64,000 bases of DNA from Candidatus Levyibacteriota bacterium (lineage in GTDB: Bacteria > Patescibacteriota > Microgenomatia > Levybacterales > UBA12049), in the NCBI GenBank assembly GCA_003152105.1, contig PLZJ01000002.1:6188-70187 (forward strand). Reading direction: 5' to 3'. Shown piece after piece: positions 45,761-56,900 of this stretch (positions are counted from its first letter, which is position 1; each line of letters begins with the position of its first letter). A program made the translations under genes and the position numbers. The notes beneath the pieces are model-generated. The model was given only the letters and a program-made list of their open reading frames with translations, had not been told where the DNA came from and ran no database searches.

Positions 45761-48700
45761 ATGCTTCGTTATTTAAAGAATCATGTTTTTCCTCTTCTTA
45801 TTATTTTAATTTCCTTCATAGTCTTCATACGTAATTATATTCCCGGAACATATTTAATTGGCTGGGACAATCTAATGCCTGAATTCGATATAGCATTAAA
45901 CTTCAAACGAGCTATTTTTGGCCTTTGGCAAGACTATAGAGGAATAGGAATTTTAGATGGCATGTCCAATACGGCAACATTTTTTCATACTACTTATATT
46001 TACCTACTTTCCTTTTTATTACCTCAAAATATGCTTAGGTATGTATTCATTTATGGTACTTTTATGGTTGGGGGTATAGGATTTTATTATTTTATTAATT
46101 ACATATTATCCAAAAATCATGAACATATTAGTAAAAGAACAATTCAAATAGTATCTTTTTCGGGTGCGTTATTTTACATGTTTAATCTTGACGTAATTCA
46201 GATGTATTTTGCACCCCTTGAATTATTCGCAGTTCACTTTGCAGCATTGCCTTTCTTAGCTTGGAGAATAAGCTGCACACTAGATAAACCCAGTAAACGA
46301 AACTTATTATTACTTTTACTTGTAAGTTTACTTACGACACCTCAAAGTTTTGTTCCCACAGTCTTTATTGCCTTCTGTATTCTTATTTTTTTCCTATTAC
46401 TCTTCTCTTTTATTCATTCTAAAAATTGGAGGGCAATACTACTTACTGCTTTAATACTTATTTCATCAAATGCATTCTGGGCTCTTCCTTACTTATATAG
46501 TGGTCCAAAAACAGCAACCATTATAAAAAACGCAAGGATTAATCAATTTTCTTCAGAAGAAATTTTTTATCGTAATAAAGCACGAGGCGATTTATTAAGT
46601 GTATTTCGAATGCAGGGATTCATGATTGACACCATTGAGTACGACCAAATTAACAATAAGGATGTATTATTTATGGACGCTTGGAGGAATCATCAAAGTT
46701 CTTTCTTTTATATAGTTATCTTTACATTGATATTTATATCTACGATGTATGGTATCTACTATTCATTTCGAAAAAGAAATTACGTTTTATTTCCGTATTT
46801 TGCTACGCTCTTTGTCGCTTTTGTATTTTTAGCAAATGATGCTCCAGTACTTGGAGGTGTAAATGATTTTATTAGAAATTATTTTCCTCTCCTTGGTGAA
46901 GCATTCCGATTTCCTTTTACTAAATTTTCGACGTTATATGCTTTTTGTTTTACGATATTTTTCTCCTATGGACTGCTGCGCATACTTGTTAAATGGAATA
47001 AATATAAAAACTTCATACTTACAATAAGCATTATAGGTATTATGTTTTTAGGCTTACCTGCATTTATGGGTAATTTTACTTCTCCTCTTTTGAAACTACA
47101 AATTCCAAATGATTACTTGCAAACCTTTAACTATTTTCAGCATCAAGATGAAAATGCCAGAATTGCTCTACTTCCTGCTCATACGTTTTGGAATTGGCAA
47201 TATAGAACCTGGGGACAAAGAGGATCGGGATTCTTATGGTACGGCATCCCACAATCAATCATGGAGCGTGCATTTGATCCATGGAGCAATTATAACGAAC
47301 AGGCTTTTAACGAACTATCTTATACGATAAATTCTCAAGATAAGCAAGCCTTTTTAAATGTACTTGTTAAATACAATATGTCCTATGTGCTTGTTGATCA
47401 ATATTTGTTAGATACACTAACTAGACAACCAGTTAACTATGATAGTTTAAATCGGTTTCTTTCCTCTTGTCCATTTCTTCAAAAGAAAAAAGAATTTGGA
47501 AAAATAGAGATTTATTACATAAAACCTGCTGATAAATGGATATATTCATTAGCACAAGGCTCAACAGCTCATGTTTCACCACAATTCAATTATGAAAATG
47601 TAGATTTAGCTAGTAATGATTCTAGTAACTATATCTATGATACTAGCTTACCGGATCTAGGATATCTTTTTCCTTCACTCTTTACAGAAAAAGAACAAGA
47701 AGATTTGGAATTTAATGCCAATGATCAAGGTGATAATATTACAATAACTTCAAATAAAACATATCCACAAAATCAAAGTAACCTAGAATTAGAGATACCA
47801 AATATATATTCGACTGAATTTTTAATTCCTTTTTCTATACAAAAAATAAATAATATAATTTCTTTTAATGTTCTGTACCCAAAATTATATATTAATAATC
47901 AATTAGTACCACTAGCTTCCCAACCAATACAAATACATCCGACTGTAGTTAAAAATCCTCAGCAGATGATACTTCAAGACACGAATGACACGATTAATAT
48001 GACAAAATCCAATAATAGAGGATATTTAATAAATAACACCTTAAATATTATTACCTTAAAAAATGGTAAAAATAAAGAAAACGTCGAGATTGATTTACAC
48101 CATGGAAATTTAACTCCTTTCCATTATAAGATTGCTTCAGGAAATATTACTTTAGTAAAAGCAGTTATTCACAAAATACATGGGCCTTTAGCAAATGAGC
48201 AAGTTATCGCAAAAGGTAACTATCAAATACATGAATTTAAAAATCCTATAAATCCATACGGAAGCTCGTTTGGAAAAGTTGAAAAAAACCAATCACATGT
48301 GACCCTTACCGTACAAAGCGAATCAGAAGAACTCACACTATATCAGAATAACTTATTTCATCAAGGCTCTTATATTTTATTTGCTAATACAACCTATGGT
48401 TCAGGTTTACCAATAAATTTTTATGTAGATAACACGTTTGAAAAACGCGCCGAAGTTGAGAGTGATTTTTCGGAGTATAGAAATCAAACTATTGAAATTA
48501 TTCCACCAACTGAAATGTATTTTTCAGGTTATGGATTTCATTTTACTGTTAAATCTGTAGGAAACGAGATCGCTAGCTCCACTATTAACGACATAAATAT
48601 ATACCCATTTCCTCAAAACTTCTTAAAGTCTATTAAAATATTAAGTAATAATACTGGATTAATAAATAAAAACCAACCTTCACAATCACTACAATTTAGC

Positions 48701-49012
48701 AAACCGCTTCCTTTTATCTATATTGTAAAGCCAACATCAACTGCATCATACCTAGTACTATCTCAATCATTTGAATCTGGATGGCACGCATATGCTATTA
48801 ATGAGTTGACAATTCCGAACATCCTATTCCCCTTTCTATTTGAAAGAGAACTGCCCCATGTCCTTGTTAACAATTGGGCAAACGGTTGGACGTTTAATTT
48901 GGCTAGCACCTATATTGATCTTATATTTATTCCTCAATATTTAACATTTATAGGAATATTAATACTCCTTATTTCCATAATATACTTACTACTTAAGAAA
49001 TATTCTGCTTAA
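45761..49012 (+). CDS. Large (1083 aa) membrane protein. It has an N-terminal multi-TM bundle, a large extracytoplasmic domain and a C-terminal TM (YfhO/GT-C-like topology).
   Basis: Topology by eye: ~12 TM in the first 450 aa and a final TM 'LTFIGILILLISIIYLLL'. Start codon 4 nt after the upstream gene. Confidence 0.4.
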   Translation: MLRYLKNHVFPLLIILISFIVFIRNYIPGTYLIGWDNLMPEFDIALNFKRAIFGLWQDYRGIGILDGMSNTATFFHTTYIYLLSFLLPQNMLRYVFIYGTFMVGGIGFYYFINYILSKNHEHISKRTIQIVSFSGALFYMFNLDVIQMYFAPLELFAVHFAALPFLAWRISCTLDKPSKRNLLLLLLVSLLTTPQSFVPTVFIAFCILIFFLLLFSFIHSKNWRAILLTALILISSNAFWALPYLYSGPKTATIIKNARINQFSSEEIFYRNKARGDLLSVFRMQGFMIDTIEYDQINNKDVLFMDAWRNHQSSFFYIVIFTLIFISTMYGIYYSFRKRNYVLFPYFATLFVAFVFLANDAPVLGGVNDFIRNYFPLLGEAFRFPFTKFSTLYAFCFTIFFSYGLLRILVKWNKYKNFILTISIIGIMFLGLPAFMGNFTSPLLKLQIPNDYLQTFNYFQHQDENARIALLPAHTFWNWQYRTWGQRGSGFLWYGIPQSIMERAFDPWSNYNEQAFNELSYTINSQDKQAFLNVLVKYNMSYVLVDQYLLDTLTRQPVNYDSLNRFLSSCPFLQKKKEFGKIEIYYIKPADKWIYSLAQGSTAHVSPQFNYENVDLASNDSSNYIYDTSLPDLGYLFPSLFTEKEQEDLEFNANDQGDNITITSNKTYPQNQSNLELEIPNIYSTEFLIPFSIQKINNIISFNVLYPKLYINNQLVPLASQPIQIHPTVVKNPQQMILQDTNDTINMTKSNNRGYLINNTLNIITLKNGKNKENVEIDLHHGNLTPFHYKIASGNITLVKAVIHKIHGPLANEQVIAKGNYQIHEFKNPINPYGSSFGKVEKNQSHVTLTVQSESEELTLYQNNLFHQGSYILFANTTYGSGLPINFYVDNTFEKRAEVESDFSEYRNQTIEIIPPTEMYFSGYGFHFTVKSVGNEIASSTINDINIYPFPQNFLKSIKILSNNTGLINKNQPSQSLQFSKPLPFIYIVKPTSTASYLVLSQSFESGWHAYAINELTIPNILFPFLFERELPHVLVNNWANGWTFNLASTYIDLIFIPQYLTFIGILILLISIIYLLLKKYSA

Positions 49013-49220
49013 ACGTTACAATCAAAAAAATAATACGTCCTAGATTTTTGTCAAGAGGCAATTTTAATTTCCCAAAGTTATCCACAATTTTTCTGATAAT
49101 TTTTTTGGATTGCTAAATCAATCTAAATTCGTATAATTATACTCTAGGTCTATGATAAATTTCTACTAAATTTTCTATAGGTTTGACATATAATTTAGGG
49201 TGTGATAAAATATTTTTGAT

Positions 49221-49379
49221 ATGAAACTGATAACTGTCCTTCGAAGAATATTTAACAAAACACAAGCATCATCACAATCAGTTATTGATGTAACTCAATC
49301 TGTACTAAATAAACAAGGGAAAGAACAATTTAAAAAGTTATTGGATAAGGGATTGCAAGTTCCAGTTGCTTTATTATAA
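49221..49379 (+). CDS. Small basic hypothetical protein (52 aa), apparently leaderless. It is not in the ORF track because it is under 60 aa.
   Basis: TTGACA (49183-49188), 17 nt spacer, TAAAAT (49206-49211), then ATG at 49221 only ~10 nt after the -10. Open frame 'MKLITVLRRIFNKTQASSQSVIDVTQSVLNKQGKEQFKKLLDKGLQVPVALL'. Confidence 0.3.
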   Translation: MKLITVLRRIFNKTQASSQSVIDVTQSVLNKQGKEQFKKLLDKGLQVPVALL

Positions 49380-49761
49380 ATCGTTCGTTAAAAGACAGGT
49401 AAAAAGACAAAAAAAGAGCATCGCTTTCGTTACTCTGGATGATTTATCGGCACGAAAAGCAATGCTCCTTATGAAAACGGCAGTTAGTTCTTTAGGCAGG
49501 TAAAATAACTAAATGCGCAACATATTTATAATGCAGCCGTTGTATTTTGTCAAGAAAAATCGACGAGGCTAAAAACATTAGTTTGTCTTATAATACCTTG
49601 ATATTTCATGCAATAATTTTCGTTATTTGCTATGAAGGTACGGTTATTGGGCAGGTAATCGTACCTTCATAAGAGATAATGATAATAATTTCTTAACACC
49701 CTTATACTTATACCCCAGACCTTTTAAAATGCACGTAGAGCAATCTTTTGAATATAGTGAG

Positions 49762-50535
49762 TTATTTACTACTAGTTCCTAAAATAATAACTATTGAGGC
49801 GTTTGGAGGAGCAATTTCTCCTTGTGGCATTTGACTTATTGTTCCATTAAGACCTTTTGCTAAGGTTTGTGCTTGCGTTGTTTGGTTTCCGCTAATGTCA
49901 ACAATAATTGTTGTAGTATATGTACTCTTTACTGCATTTCCTTTACTTATGACATTTGCTGTGGGATCTGCTGTTTTTAATTTATCCTCGATAGTTCTTG
50001 TAAAGCCTACAATTTGTGTCCCATTTAGCAAAGCAACAGAAACTTTTTGAGGAGTTGGACTACTTCCTTGAGTTGTTTGCTGAGTGCTTTGCGTTACTCC
50101 AAATGGCCCAACATTTACTAACTTATTTGTTGTTGGATCGTAAATTATTGCTTTTTTTGCGTTTGCATATATTAACACCTTATCTCCATTTTTTGCGTTT
50201 GTAAAAAACAATTGTCCTTTTAATTTACTAATATCTGTAATAGTAGCTATTGTAGGTACTTCAGAAGGTAAATCGATTAATTTGCCGACTTCTTCAATAA
50301 CCTGATTAGTTTGCGCAGCAGGAGTACTTAATTTTGTTTTCTGATTTTGTACAAAAAAATATACGCCTATAATAATTAATAGGAAAAGTACTAAAATTCC
50401 AAACAAAAATAGTATTGTTCTAAATGGAAATTTTTGCTGCACTTTGCCAGTTGCAATAACCTCTTCTTCGAAAAATGAAGTTACTACAACTGGCGCACTA
50501 TCTTCTTTTTTTGCAGCTTTTTTCCTTACCGGCAT
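49762..50535 (-). CDS. Membrane-anchored LytR_C-domain protein
   Basis: N-terminal basic region plus TM. C-terminal 'KVSVALLNGTQIVGFTRTIEDKLKTA...ASIVIILG' matches the LytR C-terminal domain pattern. Confidence 0.55.
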   Translation of the reverse strand: MPVRKKAAKKEDSAPVVVTSFFEEEVIATGKVQQKFPFRTILFLFGILVLFLLIIIGVYFFVQNQKTKLSTPAAQTNQVIEEVGKLIDLPSEVPTIATITDISKLKGQLFFTNAKNGDKVLIYANAKKAIIYDPTTNKLVNVGPFGVTQSTQQTTQGSSPTPQKVSVALLNGTQIVGFTRTIEDKLKTADPTANVISKGNAVKSTYTTTIIVDISGNQTTQAQTLAKGLNGTISQMPQGEIAPPNASIVIILGTSSK

Positions 50536-50926
50536 AACTCAATCATAATAAAGCATAGTGTCCTTGTCAACGTGATTACTAAATAAGAAACGCGACACAA
50601 TACTAGATTAGATTGTCGCTACTATTTACAATACTTGCATATTAAATAGCGATAATACATGCGAAAAATTAGCTTTTAATCGCTGGAAAAACGACATATT
50701 TATTGTAACTATTTTTGCTAATTGTTAAAAATCCTATCCCACACTCCCTATTGTTTGTTGCTTCATTTTTGCGAGAAGTTGCATTTTGTGATACTTACAA
50801 ATGCCATGAGAATACTTTTGTTGCTTTTTAAGAGGAGTATAGGAATTAACATCACACCAAGCGCAAACTAGAACAACATTAAACTTAATAGGTAGCATAA
50901 TGAATTTTTTCATACTTATGCAAAAC

Positions 50927-53900
50927 TTAGTTTGTACTGCTCACCTCCTTTCCATCAGAAGTTACCGTTTTAGGATTATCAACACTTACTGCTTGCCAAG
51001 AGAAATACACATTATTAGAAGCTGATTTATCAAGTAATATCTCAAATCCTTTTGTACTTATATTTGTAACGACATAATGAATATTTTCAGAAAGCAATAA
51101 GTTATTAATGGTATTTTGGCAATCACCAATGCTCTGCGAAACCACACAAGTATTGCTTGCGATTTCATTTTTATACTCTTGATCTGTTAACTGAGGCGTA
51201 GAAATTGAAATTGATACAACAGGTGAATTATCATATGGCTTACTAAAGTTAACCTGCACTTTATTTGCATTTTTATTTACAACAGCATATCCTGCAGTAT
51301 CATTATTGAATGTTGCTCTACCACTAAACTGTACATCTTTATGAAAAACAACATTATCAAAGAAATCAGATATTCCAGTAACAATAAGATTATGGGTAGT
51401 AATTGTATCCACTACGCTTAGGACTCCTTCAAATAAACCTCCCCCTTGTACGTCAAGCTCATTTTGTACAAGCGTCATTCCACCACTTGAGGTTAATGAT
51501 GAAGCAATTGATCCAGATGTTGATGCGTTTGGCAAAATCAGAGATGCAAATTGTGCACTGAGTGTACTTGTTTGATTAAAAAGAGAAAAAGATGCTTCTA
51601 GGCTTGCAACGCTTGATTCTAGATTTGCAATTCTATTTAAAAGTACTGTTGAATCTTGTGTAGCAGAATTAGTTGCATTTTTAGAATTAAGCAAACTAGT
51701 AAGCCCCACTATTTGATCTGCATGTATAGATTTTGCGTAAATATCTCCAGCAAATATCGCGTTACCGTTAGAATCTATTGTTAAGGCTGCACTGCTTGAT
51801 GCATCCGATGCAATTATTAGCTTATTGTTTTTACCAATAGATATAAGTAAATCAGAATTTGGCTGTGCTTCAATTTGTCGGGTCATAATGTCTTGCGTTA
51901 CTACTCGAGGAGCTATTACAGATTTTGAAGCAATAAGTTGATCAGCATACACCTGAGATAATCCGCCACTTTGCGTCGAAGCATCACTATTAGTTTGATC
52001 AACTAGTTTACCAAGTGTTTGTAGATCAGAAGTTTGTTGCGATTGACTATCTAAAGTCATACCAACTGGAGAATCGCCATCGACAAATGACCCATTAAAC
52101 GTTGCTGCTTTTATAAATGCAGTAATTTGACCCACTCCTGTGCCGCTATATGATTCCATTGCTTGACCAATTACAGGTCCTGCTTTTATTGCTTTTGCGG
52201 CAACGCCTGGAATTGAAGATGAAGTTAAGTAATCTCCTGGCTTGATGTCTCCATTTTCAGTAGTTACATTTACTGGTACGCGTCCAGAAAGCGCTATTGG
52301 TATTGCCTCACCCCCATTTATTGTTGAATCAGCTTGAGATAATCTAATTCCCGGATTTGCAGAAAAAACACCAATGATATGTTGATCAAATGGCTGTGAC
52401 TTATCTACAAACGTACCTTCATTTGGATCAATACTAACTACATCACCGGGCTGAAGTGTTGTATCACGAGTACCATAATCTTCAGCAACGTCATAAGCTC
52501 CAAAGCTTGTTGTTATGCCATGGTCAAAAACGAATTGACCTGTTGATTGCGATCCTTGATACACACTCGCAGATTGTGATGCAATAAATGAAATAGAACC
52601 GGTATTAAAAAATCCATTTTGCTCAGGTGATTGTGATGTTGATGCATGGAATACTAATGAATATGATTGGTCAAGCGTATTAGTATACTGATATATCTCA
52701 GCACTTCCACTCATTTTTTCTGTACCTGCAAATAAACTACCATTATATGGCTGTAACACAGTTACGCCATCAATTGCAGTTGTACACGTACCATTGTTAC
52801 ATTGAGCATTTGTTGGGCCACCTATTTGACCAGCAGCACCTTGAGAAACACGTGTCCAATTTGTGTCACCATCATAACGATAAACTTCAGCTTTTCCTCC
52901 TGGATCATTAGAATTTCCAATGAGCGTTCCGATATATAACTTATTGTTATATACAGCCATTGACGAAACTTGATCAATTGATCCTGTGCCTCCAGTAGCA
53001 ATAGTACCTTGAGCTGATGAAACTATTACAAAATTTGTAGCAGTTTGACTAGCCCATGTATTCGAATCGTCAACCCTCATTACTTCAGCTTTTGCTTTTT
53101 GAGTAGTGCCAAAGTATACATGTCCATTCCATTCAGCCATTGCAGTAATTCCATTAACCGTAGTGTCTGGAGGAGAATTACCTTCTGCTACCCATGAGCT
53201 CGTACCTCCAACACCGGTGCTATATACATAAATTGCTCCTAATCCAAATTTGTTAACACCAATATATAAAAGATTATTAGCAACTACCATTGCTGCAACC
53301 GCATCATAAGCTGCAGAACCACCTTGAACAATCGTTCCAGGTACACTGTCAATTGCAGTCCATGTTGTTCCCCCATCATAACGATAAACTTCTGCTCGAC
53401 CATTAGTAGTCCCTGTACCAATAAATAATTTACCGTCATATACTGCCATAGCAGTTATTGCATTAATTTGCGTAGTACCACCACTTCTTATGGTTCCTGC
53501 AGTAGCTTGAGATATGACAGACCAGTTTGTACCATCATATTGGTAGACTTCAGCTCCTCCTGGTTTTGAAGTTCCGACAATCAATCTATTGTTATAAACA
53601 GTCATTGCAGAAATCGTTGAAATATTTGTGGTAGTTAAAATTTGACCTGGTGTTGTTGTTGAAATTCTTGCCCAAATTCCTGTACTACCATTATATCTAT
53701 ATACCTCAGCCGCACTATTTTTTGCGGTTCCAACATAAAGACTTCCGTTATAAACGGTAGATGCTGATATAGAGGCAATACCTGAAGAAGCAGCGGTTGA
53801 AAGTTGTCCAGCTGCATTTGAAACTGCTGTCCATGTCTGAGTTGCAGCAGCAGCTGTATTTGCCTGACTACCAATCATGATATTTCCGCCTTCTACATCC

Positions 53901-56900
53901 AATTTTTGCGCAGCACTTGAAGTACCGATTCCTATGTTTCCATTTTGTTGTATCACAAACTGAGTTAATCCAGAAGATGAAGCGGTAAATAAATCTCCTA
54001 GTCCATTATTATTCACTACAAGCGAAGCGAAAGAAGTAGTTCCAGATACTGAAGCAACAGATAATGTTCCACTATTTCCTCTAATATCAAAATTGGATAG
54101 AGGTGTCGAAGTACCAAATCCAAATCTCGTTGTTGCGCTAGAGGTGCCTATCAAAACATTTCCGTTTGCATTGATACGCAAATCCCCTTCACCAAAAACT
54201 GAGGAATCCCAATTGGTACCAATTTCAATAGCATTTTGTGAAGTTGTTCCTACACTCGCTTTTGCTAAACCATCGATAAATAACCCATCTGTTGGAGAAT
54301 TTATTATCCCTCCTACGCCTGTTGGAGTTATTCTTATGCCACCAGCTAATCCACCCGTAGCGGTATTATTGTTGTTTATGATAGATTTAAATCCAGAAAT
54401 AATATTTCCTGATGCAGGTTTTACATTCCACGTAGTTTGAAGTGCATTAATTCCTGATACAGTTGGTTCTTGCCCTACTACATTACCAATATCTACCAAA
54501 TCGTTAGCTGGTAAAAATCCAGCATCTATTTCTAGATTTTGCGCAGTAGGTCTTAAATTACCGATTTCAACTACACCACTATTTGTAATAGTAAATCTTG
54601 TAAGACCTGATGACGAAGCAGTGAATATGTCTCCTGCCCCTTTATTATCGATCAATACTGCTGCAAAGGACGTTTTGGCTGAAATGCTTGAGGCAGGTGT
54701 CGTTCCAATTGTTGAGCCAGCAATACCTAAGGCACTTGCTGCGTTAATATCAAATTGACCATTCATAAATCCATCTGGCGTTTTTCCAGGAGATAGATTT
54801 ATAATTCCAAAGTCAGCGGAAGCAGTAGAAACACCACCTATAAGAAGATCTGTTGTAGTATTACCAAGTGCTGTATATCCTCCATTCGCAACACCTATAC
54901 CACTTTGTTGTATCCAATAATTAGGCCCCTGAGAACCGGTAGCGCAACTTCCCCATGATGGCGCAGTACCTGTTCCTCCCGATACTAAACAATTTCCGTT
55001 TGCTGCCGTGGTTGCAGCGAGTATATTACCTGAAGAGTTAGTATATAGAACGCTATTATTACCCGTAGTATACGTAGCACCATTTACCGTTACGTTTCCG
55101 TTATTGTTAATAATAAAACGAGCAAGTCCCGAAGTAGATGCGGTAAATAAGTCGCCTTTACCGGTATTATCAATAACAACAGATGCAAATGAAGTTGAAC
55201 CTGAAATTGATGCAATTGGAAGAGTGCCAAAATTAGCAGCAGTAATATTATTAGCGGCTGCAGAACGAATATCGAGTGTTGCTAGTGGTAAATTTGGACT
55301 CGCGTTATTTAATGTTAAAAATCCAGGCAAATACGTTTGTCCGTTTTGTATCGATACCTCCCAGTTAGAATTGTTTGAATAATAAAACCCTGGACTATAT
55401 GTATTTCCATTTGTATCAACCTTAAAACTTCCACTATCTGTTTGTATTGCATTTTTCGAGGGCACTCCCCCATTATTTGCACCTGGAATTTCTAAGTAAG
55501 CCTGCGGATTTACTACTCCTATCCCAACATTTCCGTTATTTTGTATAACAAAGCGAGTAAGCCCAGAAGAGGAGGCAGTAAATATATCACCCAGATTTGC
55601 TGTTCCTCCTTTGTTATCAACTACTAAACCTGCATAGGCAGAATTTGCAGAGATAGACGCAGTTGGAGCATTGGTTCCAACAATCTGAAACAATGAAGAT
55701 GGAGCTGTTGTACCGATACCAAGATTACCAGCTAGATAATTTTGATAGGTTGATGAATCATAGATTCCATAGTTACCTGATGGCACCGATTGTGTCCCTA
55801 AAAGAGCAAGTGTGTTGTTAGTTGCAGCAGATAGACCAACAACATTAAGTCCTGCTTGATTGGTAACCTCACCTCCTGAAAAGGATTGAGCGTCTTCAGC
55901 AAAAAAGCCAATATTTGTTCCAACTATTCCAGTATAGGTACCATCATTCTTAAGCTTAGAATCAACGATATAAACCGTAGAAACACTATGCGAGGTTCCA
56001 GACAAACGAATATTAGTTTGTGTTCCATAGATTCCTCCCCCACTTACCAAATCTACCCCAGGAACAAAGGCAGCTTGATTTCTTATGCCCTCTGTTTGCG
56101 CATCTGCATTCACATTTATTGTTGGGGCAATAAGGACACCTTGACTTGTACCAGCTGCCGTATTACTTACTGTGACGCTTCCATTAAGAGTTAAGTCAGA
56201 TGTGACTGCTGAAGTTCCTGTTGCAGATCCTCCTAGTAAAATAACTGCCGTATTTGAAACAGTCCCGTTAACATTTAATGGGTTAGGTGGGTTCGTTACA
56301 TTAACTCCTATGCCAACATTACCATTACTGGTAAGAATAAGTGAAGATTGTCCTCCTGGTTTGAATTGTATGTCTCCTGTTGTAGAACCTCCAAGCGTTA
56401 ACATGGTTCTTCCAACAGTTTGCACATCTCCTCCTGCGTCAATATATACTCCTGACTTTTCTGAAGTTCCTGAAGAAGAAAGACCTGCAGAAACAGACGC
56501 AGTTGGTAGTCCCCCACCAATGACATTAAGAACTGAGAATTCTGCAGAGGAAGTAGCAGTACCACCAATGAGAAGATCTGAAGTTAGATTACCAAGAGCA
56601 GTATATCCTCCGTTGGAAACACCAATACCTGATTGTTGTATCCAGTAATTAGCTCCTGCAGTACCACTACCGCAACTTCCCCATGTTGGCAATCCAGTAC
56701 CGTTTGTTGTTAAACAAGTTCCCGTTGCAGCAGCTCCTGTTACTGCTTGGCCTAAATTATTTGAACTATCGACATAGAGTACCGCATTGGAATTTGATGA
56801 TCCTCCTCCAAAGCCAGGTAATTTTATAGTGACACCAGATGATCTACCCAAGGTAATTTGATTTGAATTCGCACCTGCGAGTAGTAAAGTATTTGAACCA

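Noticed and set aside
49621-49680. 11-bp-stem hairpin (ATGAAGGTACG...CGTACCTTCAT) downstream of the LytR_C gene as an intrinsic terminator
   Set aside because: On the relevant (minus) strand it is not followed by a clear U-run. It is kept only as a weak possibility.
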